DNA of 32,000 bases, from NCBI RefSeq assembly GCF_000011325.1, contig NC_003450.3:2070001-2102000 (forward strand), given 5' to 3'. A model generated the notes under the pieces. That model was not told the DNA's origin, did not search any database, and worked only from the letters and a program-made list of their open reading frames with translations. Each line of letters starts with the position of its first letter. Positions within the stretch are counted from its first letter, which is position 1. Made by a program: the position numbers and the translations under genes. Of the stretch, positions 1 through 7,118 are shown piece by piece. The stretch comes from Corynebacterium glutamicum ATCC 13032. GTDB taxonomy: Bacteria > Actinomycetota > Actinomycetes > Mycobacteriales > Mycobacteriaceae.

Positions 1-512
1 GACTCAATATGGTCAATCAGCAGGCGAAAGCTTTGCTGCACAGCAGACTCTCTAATATGATGCCGTCCCAATTCAGCCAATATTACCTGTTGTTCACTTT
101 CAAACGCACGATACGCGTCAATTGTTCCCGACGCCCCAAAATGCGCAGGACCAGCCACTCCGATCCACACTTCCCCCACCGGATGACCATCTTGTTTGCT
201 GGGGCCAGCAACGCCCGTGAGCGAAACCGCCCAATCTGCCTGGCATCTGTGTGCGGCCCCCGTTGCCATCGCACGGGCGCACTGCGGGGAAACAACGCCG
301 TGCGCGTCGATAAGCTCCTGCGGCACACCGGCAAGCGCAACCTTAAGCTCGGTGGCATAGGTGACCAGCCCGCCTTTAAGTACCACTGAGGCGCCGGGGA
401 TCTCTGCGATCGTCGCACTGGCAAGGCCGGCGGTGAGGGATTCACAAAACGCCAGCGTTTCACCGCGCGATTTCAACAGCTCCACCACTCGCCCCGCCAG
501 ATTCTCCGACAT
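1..512 (-). CDS. cinA: CinA-like / PncC (nicotinamide-nucleotide amidase) domain protein. The 3' end runs off the window, so the C-terminus is missing.
   Basis: Hand translation from ATG at 512..510: MSENLAGRVVELLKSRGETLAFCESLTAGLASATIAEIPGASVVLKGGLVTYATELKVALAGVPQELIDAHGVVSPQCARAMATGAAHRCQADWAVSLTGVAGPSKQDGHPVGEVWIGVAG... It stays open to position 1. The CESLTAGL and SLTGVAGP motifs are typical of the CinA C-terminal domain. It is absent from the ORF track because no stop lies inside the window. The start is 3 nt after the pgsA stop. Confidence 0.8.
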   Translation of the reverse strand, partial: MSENLAGRVVELLKSRGETLAFCESLTAGLASATIAEIPGASVVLKGGLVTYATELKVALAGVPQELIDAHGVVSPQCARAMATGAAHRCQADWAVSLTGVAGPSKQDGHPVGEVWIGVAGPAHFGASGTIDAYRAFESEQQVILAELGRHHIRESAVQQSFRLLIDHIE

Positions 513-515
513 GGT

Positions 516-1142
516 CTAGCTTTCTGCGGACTTTCGTGAATCCCACAGGTACTGCAGACCCGTGACCACGGTGACGATCAGCGCTGCATACATGACGATC
601 TGGCTTGGAATATCCATCCAACTTGGGAAAGGGCACAGATACAGAGCAACGGCAACAGTCTGCAGAGCAGTCTTAAGCTTGCCCCCCTTTGATGCAGGCA
701 CAACATTTCCAGCGCGCAGTTGGAAGAAACGCCAGATGGTAATGCCGAACTCTCGAAGCACAATCAACGCAGTGACCCACCAGGGCAAAATGCCGATGAT
801 GTTGAAACAGACAAATGCTGTGGTCATCAACGCCTTATCGGCAATCGGATCCGCGATCTTGCCAAAGTCAGTGACCAGGCCACGTGCTCGCGCAATATCG
901 CCGTCAAGCTTGTCGGTGATCATGAGCAAAATGAAAACAACCAACGCCCACCAGGCAAAAGCATTGTTTTCCGTCTCACCTTTAAGCGTAAGCCACGCAA
1001 ACAAAGGGATGACAATGATACGCAAGCTGGTCAAGAAGTTCGGAAGGTTCCAGTTGGAAGGCTTGACCGCTTGATTGCTTGGATCTTGTGCGCCATTTAC
1101 GCCTGCTGATACATCACTCACGGTGTTCCACCCTACCTGCAC
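516..1142 (-). CDS. pgsA: CDP-diacylglycerol--glycerol-3-phosphate 3-phosphatidyltransferase (CDP-alcohol phosphatidyltransferase family)
   Basis: 208-aa ORF with the CDP-alcohol phosphatidyltransferase motif DGDIARARGLVTDFGKIADPIADK (DGxxARx8Gx3Dx3D) and several hydrophobic helices. The start at 1142 is GTG. An in-frame GTG at 1121 is an alternative, so the start is uncertain. Confidence 0.88.
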   Translation of the reverse strand: MQVGWNTVSDVSAGVNGAQDPSNQAVKPSNWNLPNFLTSLRIIVIPLFAWLTLKGETENNAFAWWALVVFILLMITDKLDGDIARARGLVTDFGKIADPIADKALMTTAFVCFNIIGILPWWVTALIVLREFGITIWRFFQLRAGNVVPASKGGKLKTALQTVAVALYLCPFPSWMDIPSQIVMYAALIVTVVTGLQYLWDSRKSAES

Positions 1143-1314
1143 CCAAATTGAAGACTACGACTAGTAATGATTTCTCCAAAAAACTTGTCACAAAGCTTGA
1201 GCCCACTCTATTCCTAAAAACCTCTCGACGGACGAAGCGCCACAAAAGCAAGAGAAGAATATAAGTGAACCAAATTCCGTTTAGTGTACGTCTAGACGCC
1301 TAAACTTACCTGTT

Positions 1315-1602
1315 ATGACTTATTTTGCCGTGCTTTACACATACAACCCAGACAGCGAGAAAGTCGCTGAAGTTCGTACCGTCCACCGCGAGTTCATTGC
1401 CAACCTTCATGCGGAGGGCAAAATCGTTGGCTCCGGTCCTTTCGTGGACGGCGACGGTGGCGCGCTGATTGTCATCAAGTTGGAAGAAGGCTCCAACCTT
1501 GTTGATGCTGAAACCCTGATGAACAATGATCCATTCCACGTAGAAAACGTGCTGGACAACCGCGTCATCCGTAGCTGGAACCCTGTGACCAAAGATTTCT
1601 AG
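1315..1602 (+). CDS. YciI-like (YCII-related domain) small protein
   Basis: 95-aa ORF, MTYFAVLYTYNPDSEKVAEVRTVHREFIANLHAEGKIVGSGPF...DPF. Size and pattern are typical of the YciI family. ATG start with no SD. A TAAACT -10-like box lies 8 nt upstream. Confidence 0.75.
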   Translation: MTYFAVLYTYNPDSEKVAEVRTVHREFIANLHAEGKIVGSGPFVDGDGGALIVIKLEEGSNLVDAETLMNNDPFHVENVLDNRVIRSWNPVTKDF

Positions 1603-1664
1603 GCAACTTTTTCTTTAACAATTTTGGCGCTTGGCTTGTATGAAAGTCAGGTGCCTTCTCGCTT

Positions 1665-1732
1665 GCCTAAACCAGCGTTGCTGCCTAAACCAGCGTTGCT
1701 GCCTAAACCAGCGTTGCTGCCTAAACCAGCGT
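1665..1732. repeat. Tandem repeat: 18-bp unit GCCTAAACCAGCGTTGCT, three perfect copies plus a 14-nt partial copy
   Basis: Read directly: units at 1665-1682, 1683-1700 and 1701-1718, partial at 1719-1732. It lies between the yciI stop and the terminator hairpin. Confidence 0.95.
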
Positions 1733-1744
1733 CGTATGGCTAAA

Positions 1745-1776
1745 GGGCCAGCACCGAAACTCCTCGGTGCTGGCCC
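1745..1776. terminator. Bidirectional intrinsic terminator between convergent yciI and terC
   Basis: Perfect 13-bp stem GGGCCAGCACCGA (1745-1757) / TCGGTGCTGGCCC (1764-1776) with a 6-nt loop. TTTATTTT follows on the plus strand and TAAA precedes it, which gives a short U-run for the minus strand. Confidence 0.75.
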
Positions 1777-1795
1777 TTTATTTTAAGTAATGCTG

Positions 1796-2905
1796 TTACT
1801 TCTTCTCTGAGGAGATATCGGTAACGGTGGCGGATCCGGTTTCAGGCTCCTCACCGGTCTCCCAGTTGTCGCCCTCATACTTTGCAGCGTTCCACTTTGG
1901 TGGAATACCGCCCTGGTTTTCGTCGCGTTTGTTCTTGATGATGGATGCGATGACGGTGATTGTCAGGACACCAATGATGAAGACCAAGGAGAACACGGTG
2001 GAAACCTCAGGTACGGAGACGTTTTCACCACCGTTGATGAATGGCAGGTTGTTTTCGTGCAGTGCATGCAGACCAAGCTTTGCACCAATGAACAGCAGGA
2101 TAAGACCCAAGCCATAAGGCAGGTAGACCAGGCGGTCAAGCAGGCCGTCAAGCAGGAAGTACATTTGGCGCAGACCCAGCAGGGCGAATGCGTTAGTGGT
2201 GAACACGATGTAAGGCTCCGTGGTGATGCCGTAAATCGCTGGGATAGAGTCCAGTGCGAACATCAGGTCAACCATGCCGATGGATACAAGTGCAACGAAC
2301 AGTGGGGTCAGGTGCAGCTTGCCTCCGAAGCGGTGAGTGAGCTTGTCGCCGTGGTAGCCCTCAGTAACCGGAATGACCTTGCGCAGCGCCTTAATGATGA
2401 ACATGTCGTTCGGGTCGGTCTCAGGGGTGTCTCGAACTTCGTCCCACAGGAGCTTCACAGCGGTGTAGATCAGCCAGATGGAGAAGATGTAGAAGACATC
2501 GGACCAGGCTTCGATAACTGCAGCACCTGCGAGGATGAATGCCAGGCGGAAGACCAGTGCCAGCGCGATACCGATGAGCAGAACCTTCTGCTGGTACTTG
2601 CGAGGAATCTTGAAAGAACCCATGATCAGCGCGAAGATGAAGAGGTTATCAACACTCAACGCCTTCTCTGTCACGTAACCGGTGAAGAACTCAATGCCGT
2701 GCTGGTGTGGGTTACCTGGCTCGCCCCAAGCAAACCAGAGGAACACGCCGAAAACACAGGCGAGGGCTACGTAGAAGAGGCTCCACCATGCGGATTCTTT
2801 GATAGTGGGCTCGTGTGGGGTGCGGACGTGGGAATAGAAATCGAAAATGAAGAAGCCAGCAATCACTGCGATAGTGATTAGCCATGTGGCTAAGTTTACT
2901 TCCAT
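1796..2905 (-). CDS. terC: TerC-family integral membrane protein (putative Mn2+/metal exporter family)
   Basis: The ORF-track protein is highly hydrophobic with TerC-like content (FFTGYVTEKALSVDNLFIF..., ALDSIPAIYGIT). I place the start at the ATG at 2905 (MEVNLATW...), which has a GGAGG SD 11 nt upstream. The longer 2992 start would read through the leader hairpin. Confidence 0.88.
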   Translation of the reverse strand: MEVNLATWLITIAVIAGFFIFDFYSHVRTPHEPTIKESAWWSLFYVALACVFGVFLWFAWGEPGNPHQHGIEFFTGYVTEKALSVDNLFIFALIMGSFKIPRKYQQKVLLIGIALALVFRLAFILAGAAVIEAWSDVFYIFSIWLIYTAVKLLWDEVRDTPETDPNDMFIIKALRKVIPVTEGYHGDKLTHRFGGKLHLTPLFVALVSIGMVDLMFALDSIPAIYGITTEPYIVFTTNAFALLGLRQMYFLLDGLLDRLVYLPYGLGLILLFIGAKLGLHALHENNLPFINGGENVSVPEVSTVFSLVFIIGVLTITVIASIIKNKRDENQGGIPPKWNAAKYEGDNWETGEEPETGSATVTDISSEKK

Positions 2906-3103
2906 GACAAAAAGAACCTCCGGTTCTTGGTTAGACAATTTAAGAACCGGAGGTCTCCCCCACCCTTGTCCCTCAACGCATCTAACATGCATCTGAAAAA
3001 CAAAATGGGCCAGTGTGACCGGGAATTCACAACCTAAAATTCTTTAAAGTTTGATTTCCGTGTTGACGATCAACGCTGCTTGTGGGGTACTCCCCTCCAA
3101 TAC
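2906..3103 (-). promoter_or_regulatory. Candidate yybP-ykoY (Mn2+) riboswitch leader of terC: aptamer about 3098..2949, expression-platform hairpin 2953..2917
   Basis: Minus-strand RNA: uuGGAGGGGAGUACCCCAC...GUUGAGGGACAAGGGUGGGGGAGACCUCC. The GGGGAGUA box sits near the 5' end and the GAGACC box near the 3' end. The closing helices are GGAGG/CCUCC and CCCCAC/GUGGGG. A perfect 12-bp hairpin follows, CCUCCGGUUCUU-N13-AAGAACCGGAGG, then UUCUUUUUGUC-AUG. A TerC gene lies downstream, which is a classic context for this riboswitch class. Confidence 0.55.
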
Positions 3104-3109
3104 GGGAAA

Positions 3110-3120
3110 ACTATAACCCA
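3110..3120 (-). promoter_or_regulatory. Putative extended -10 promoter element (TGGGTTATAGT) driving the terC leader
   Basis: The minus strand reads TGGGT-TATAGT. This fits the corynebacterial extended -10 pattern TGnGnTAnnnT. The predicted TSS is near 3103, about 5 nt before the first riboswitch helix. Confidence 0.45.
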
Positions 3121-3290
3121 GATGGTGGGAAATTGCTACCCCGTCACCGCCCCGAAGCTAAAACCGCAGAAACTCAACCCGACTTAAGCAAAAAGAATCG
3201 GACATGCTCCCACAGTTCAAAGCAGTCTAAAACCGCAAACTGTGCGAACACGCCCGACTCAACATCCAGAGCCACTAGGCTCCTAAAGCC

Positions 3291-6200
3291 TTAACACACT
3301 CCCTTGGAAGGATCAGCCTGCACGACGGTGGTGTTAGCCGCTTCTTCAGCTTCCGCTGCCACCTCGTCATCCCAGGTCTCTTCCTTCGGTGCGTCGGCGG
3401 GGTCTGCACCTTTAAGCATCCACAAAATGGTTTCCAGCTCTTCTGGCTTGACCAAAACTTCACGAGCCTTAGAGCCTTCGGATGGGCCCACCACACCGCG
3501 GGTTTCCATGAGGTCCATGAGGCGTCCGGCCTTGGCAAAACCGATGCGCAGTTTGCGCTGCAGCATGGAGGTGGATCCCATTTGTGAGGTCACCACGAGT
3601 TCGACTGCTTCGAGGAGATCTTCCAGATCGTTTCCGATATCGGCATCGATCTTCTTAGCTTCGGAAGCCTTATCTTCGGTGACACCGTCGGTGTATTCAG
3701 GCTGGCGCTGAGCCTTGGCCATGTCCACGACCGCTTGGATTTCTTCATCGGTGACAAAGGCACCCTGGATACGTTGTGGCTTGCCGGCACCCTGTGGGAT
3801 GAACAGCGCGTCGCCCATGCCGATCAGCTTTTCAGCGCCACCCTGGTCCAAAATAACGCGGGAGTCAGTTAGCGATGAGGTTGCGAAAGCCAAACGTGAA
3901 GGAACGTTGGTCTTGATCAGACCGGTCACAACGTCCACGGATGGGCGCTGCGTTGCCAGCACGAGGTGGATACCGGCGGCACGTGCCTTCTGGGTGATGC
4001 GCACGATGGACTCTTCGATTTCCTTCGGTGCGGTCATCATCAGGTCAGCGAGCTCGTCGACCACACACACGATGTATGGGTACGCACGGTATTCGCGCTT
4101 GGATCCTGGAGGGGTCTCAATTTCGCCAGATTTAATCTTGCGGTTGAAGTCCTTGATGTGGCGCACACGGGTTTGTTTCATGTCCATGTAGCGCTGTTCC
4201 ATTTCCTCAACCAGCCACTGCAGTGCTGCCGCGGCCTTCTTTGGTTGGGTAATGATCGGCGTAATCAGGTGTGGAATGCCCTCGTATGGTGTGAGTTCCA
4301 CCATCTTTGGGTCCACCAGAATCAGACGGACTTCTTCTGGCTTTGCACGCGTGAGCAGTGACACCAGCAGCGAGTTCACGAACGCCGACTTACCAGAACC
4401 GGTGGAACCAGCCACAAGAAGGTGAGGCATTTTCTGCACGGAGTAGGACACGAAGTCGCCTTCAATATCCTTACCCAAACCAATGAGCATGGAGTCTTTG
4501 TTTTCCACGGTGGCACGCGCATTGAGCACATCACCCAGGCGAACCATCTCACGGTCAGAGTTTGGCACCTCAATACCGACTGCTGATTTACCTGGAATTG
4601 GGGTCAGCAGACGAACATTCTCAGTCGCCACAGCGTAGGCAATATTGGATTGCAGGTTGGTGATTTTAGAAACCTTCACACCAGGTCCCAGCTCAATTTC
4701 ATAGCGCGTGACTGTCGGGCCACGGGAGAAACCAGTCACGGTCGCATCAACATTGAACTCACTGAACACGTCAGTAATGGCCTCGATCATGCGATCGTTG
4801 GTCTCTGAGTGAAGCTTCGCTGGCTCGCCTGGAATCAGCAGATCGGCACTCGGCAACACATAAGTGCTGTCGCCATCGCTGACAATGTCGGCAGGGGTCG
4901 GCGCTACAGGAGCAGGTGCCGCAGGCTTCTTCTCCACGACGGGATCCTTGCCCGATCGCGCAATAATCGCCTGACGCATGCTTTCCCTCGACGCTGCCAC
5001 CGCATCCGACGCCGGCGCCGGCGCCAGATCTTCCTCGGTCACCGCTGGGAACTCATCAGTTTCGGTGACGCTGGGCTTCTTCAAGATGCTTGTCGACGCC
5101 TCCCTCTGCTTCACCTGCGGTTCCGCGGGGGCCTCGGCCTTCGCGTCATCCACGGGATACTTATCCAGCGAGGCCGCTGGGCGGCGCGCAGGTGTTGGGG
5201 CTGGCGCAGGAACTGGTGCCGGTGGCGGAGTCAGAGGTGGGGTGCGACGTGGCGCAGCCTTAGGCAGCGCTCGGCTAGGGGTTCTACTTGGTGCACGACC
5301 GCTCGCGCGGGATTCCAGCTCGCGTTCCACGTGTCCGTAGAGATCATCGTCTTCCTCGTCGAATTCATCTTCATCGCGGTTAAATCCTGCGAAGCCAAAG
5401 AAGCCACCCGCAAATTCGATGAACTCACGAATCGAAATTCCCGTGGTTTTCAACGCTCCCCAGAACAGCAGCAGAAGCAGGATCGGCACCGCCAAGAACA
5501 CGGAGAATCCCAGTTCCAACGGGGTTCCAATCCACGCACCGATGGCACCGCCAGCAGTCTTTCGGCCCTCCCACTCAGCTGGGTTACCAGCAAAGAGGTG
5601 AATCAAGGCCAGCATGCACACGATGATCACACCGATGCCCAACATCACCCTGCCCTGAGCTTGACGCTCTGGAGTGTAACGAAGCATGAGCGCGACAGCC
5701 CACCCAATGAGGCCGACCGGCAAGATCCAAGCACCAGCGCCAATAGCGAGGTGAACGATATCGGCGATGAACGTGCCAATCGGTCCACCAATGCCCAGCC
5801 ACACCGCAGCGCCCAAGACAATTGCAATTCCAACCAGGCTTAATGCAATGCCGTCTGCGTGCTCTTCCACGTAGGCAGAAGTGCGGTTTCCTGATTGCTC
5901 ATCAAAATCCTCATCGAATTCCGGCTCAGGTTCAACAGCCTTGCTCCGCGATTTTCGTGTGGCGGGTTTCGTTGCGATCTCCTCCTCGAAATCATCAAAA
6001 TCGTCGAGTACATCTTCGTTTCGACGACGACCAAGTTCACCAATGGAACGGGTCATCTTACCCAAGCCACTCGCGGTGGCACCAAATAGCGTTCCGATAC
6101 CGGATCCCACAGCGCGAAATGCGCTGCCGGTCCGTTCTTCAGAAGTATCAGCAGCGCGTCGAGCGGTCATCGATGTTGTAAACGCAGCAGTCTCTGACCG

Positions 6201-6323
6201 GCCACCCCGAGAGGTGCTGGTTGTTGGTTTGCTTCGCCTGGTCGTCGCGGTGGTTTTTGGCCCCGTCGACTTTCCCGATGATCGTGAGCTTCCCCGCTTG
6301 GGTGCGCCGTTTCTGACAGTCAT
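3291..6323 (-). CDS. ftsK: DNA translocase FtsK
   Basis: 1010-aa ORF. It has a charged N-terminal region, four or five TM helices and a Pro/Ala-rich linker. The motor domain carries Walker A GSTGSGKS and Walker [11 protein letters not shown]. The C-terminal gamma winged-helix reads [33 protein letters not shown]. Confidence 0.95.
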   Translation of the reverse strand: MTVRNGAPKRGSSRSSGKSTGPKTTATTRRSKPTTSTSRGGRSETAAFTTSMTARRAADTSEERTGSAFRAVGSGIGTLFGATASGLGKMTRSIGELGRRRNEDVLDDFDDFEEEIATKPATRKSRSKAVEPEPEFDEDFDEQSGNRTSAYVEEHADGIALSLVGIAIVLGAAVWLGIGGPIGTFIADIVHLAIGAGAWILPVGLIGWAVALMLRYTPERQAQGRVMLGIGVIIVCMLALIHLFAGNPAEWEGRKTAGGAIGAWIGTPLELGFSVFLAVPILLLLLFWGALKTTGISIREFIEFAGGFFGFAGFNRDEDEFDEEDDDLYGHVERELESRASGRAPSRTPSRALPKAAPRRTPPLTPPPAPVPAPAPTPARRPAASLDKYPVDDAKAEAPAEPQVKQREASTSILKKPSVTETDEFPAVTEEDLAPAPASDAVAASRESMRQAIIARSGKDPVVEKKPAAPAPVAPTPADIVSDGDSTYVLPSADLLIPGEPAKLHSETNDRMIEAITDVFSEFNVDATVTGFSRGPTVTRYEIELGPGVKVSKITNLQSNIAYAVATENVRLLTPIPGKSAVGIEVPNSDREMVRLGDVLNARATVENKDSMLIGLGKDIEGDFVSYSVQKMPHLLVAGSTGSGKSAFVNSLLVSLLTRAKPEEVRLILVDPKMVELTPYEGIPHLITPIITQPKKAAAALQWLVEEMEQRYMDMKQTRVRHIKDFNRKIKSGEIETPPGSKREYRAYPYIVCVVDELADLMMTAPKEIEESIVRITQKARAAGIHLVLATQRPSVDVVTGLIKTNVPSRLAFATSSLTDSRVILDQGGAEKLIGMGDALFIPQGAGKPQRIQGAFVTDEEIQAVVDMAKAQRQPEYTDGVTEDKASEAKKIDADIGNDLEDLLEAVELVVTSQMGSTSMLQRKLRIGFAKAGRLMDLMETRGVVGPSEGSKAREVLVKPEELETILWMLKGADPADAPKEETWDDEVAAEAEEAANTTVVQADPSKGVC

Positions 6324-6388
6324 GGCCTTAACTCTAGTCGCTCAAACAACTCTATTCACAGAAGCACCACGCGATTCGTCCAAGTTTT

Positions 6389-7024
6389 CTATAAACTTCC
6401 CCGAACAACACCCTCTTGATTGCCTTCAAATGTTAGTTTCACAACATCACGGCCAGACAGCCACAACAGCAGCTCCCCTACCCCACCGCTAATCCGACAG
6501 ACGTTTTCACCATCGGCCGACACTCCCCGACCTTCATGAAGAACAATCCGCGGAAAACCCACCGGAGCTAGAACCACTGGACGCGGTGATTTAATCATGC
6601 GTGGAGCAAGAAGTTTTAAAATGCGGTGCAGCTCTTTGCCATGTGCGTGCTCCATGGGGCGTACTTCTACCTCATCACCTGGCTGCAACGCGCCACGCAG
6701 GACATCTTCATGATGGATGAAATGCTCCATGCTATTGCCAATAGAGTCAAGGGCTCGCCATGGATTCAGCCCCTGCGGGCCTTCAGCCCACGCGTTGACA
6801 ACATCCTCATATGGTCGGGTAAGCGCTTCTTCAAACTCTTCCTTTGCAGGATCCTGCTTTCCAGGAAGCATGCTGCGCAGCGCTGCTCCTGGCTTTTGCT
6901 CACGGACATAAAGGTGTGCCGCAAGATCTTTGGTGGTCCATTCGCCGCACAAGGTTGGTGCGTCTGGCCCCTTTTCCAACAGTGATGCTTGAAGTGCTGC
7001 TCGTTCTGTTTGTGCGAGATTCAT
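6389..7024 (-). CDS. DinB/MDMPI-like (mycothiol maleylpyruvate-isomerase N-terminal domain, TIGR03085-like) protein
   Basis: 211-aa ORF. The N-terminus ERAALQASLLEKGPDAPTLCGEWTTKDLAAHLYVRE is typical of the actinobacterial MDMPI_N/DinB superfamily. ATG start. Confidence 0.7.
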   Translation of the reverse strand: MNLAQTERAALQASLLEKGPDAPTLCGEWTTKDLAAHLYVREQKPGAALRSMLPGKQDPAKEEFEEALTRPYEDVVNAWAEGPQGLNPWRALDSIGNSMEHFIHHEDVLRGALQPGDEVEVRPMEHAHGKELHRILKLLAPRMIKSPRPVVLAPVGFPRIVLHEGRGVSADGENVCRISGGVGELLLWLSGRDVVKLTFEGNQEGVVRGSL

Positions 7025-7059
7025 GCAACCAAGACTAGATCAATGTGTAGAAACGCGTT

Positions 7060-7094
7060 GAGCCCGCGGCACCCAGGTTGGGTGCTGCGGGCTC
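7060..7094 (-). terminator. GC-rich hairpin downstream of rnj (probable end of the dapB-thyX-dapA-rnj transcription unit)
   Basis: 15-bp stem GAGCCCGCGGCACCC / GGGTGCTGCGGGCTC with one G.U pair and a 5-nt loop, 25 nt past the rnj stop. There is no clear U-tract; AACGCGUUUCU follows. Confidence 0.55.
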
Positions 7095-7118
7095 GCGACG
7101 TCGAAAAGCGAAATGCTT

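Noticed and set aside
83-463. 126-aa minus-strand ORF, and the plus-strand ORF at 9..389, from the track.
   Set aside because: They are in a different frame from the CinA-like reading frame that starts at 512 and shows conserved CinA motifs. Their Arg/Pro-rich composition is typical of an off-frame read.
1665-1732. Whether the 18-bp repeats could be a mini CRISPR array.
   Set aside because: The repeats are directly contiguous with no spacers, the unit is too short, and there are no cas genes. It is a plain tandem repeat.
2906-2992. The longer TerC start (398 aa, MHVRCVEGQGWGRPPV...).
   Set aside because: It would translate through the riboswitch-like leader hairpin. The internal ATG at 2905 has a GGAGG SD and begins directly with the first TM helix.
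3082-3294. 70-aa plus-strand ORF in the ftsK-terC spacer.
   Set aside because: It is antisense to the predicted terC leader and promoter, has no SD, and has a low-complexity Lys/Thr/Pro composition.
4809-5843. 344-aa plus-strand ORF, and neighbours at 3304-4361 and 5881-6492, inside ftsK.
   Set aside because: They are antisense to ftsK, extremely Arg/Trp/Cys-rich and low-complexity, with no domain signatures.
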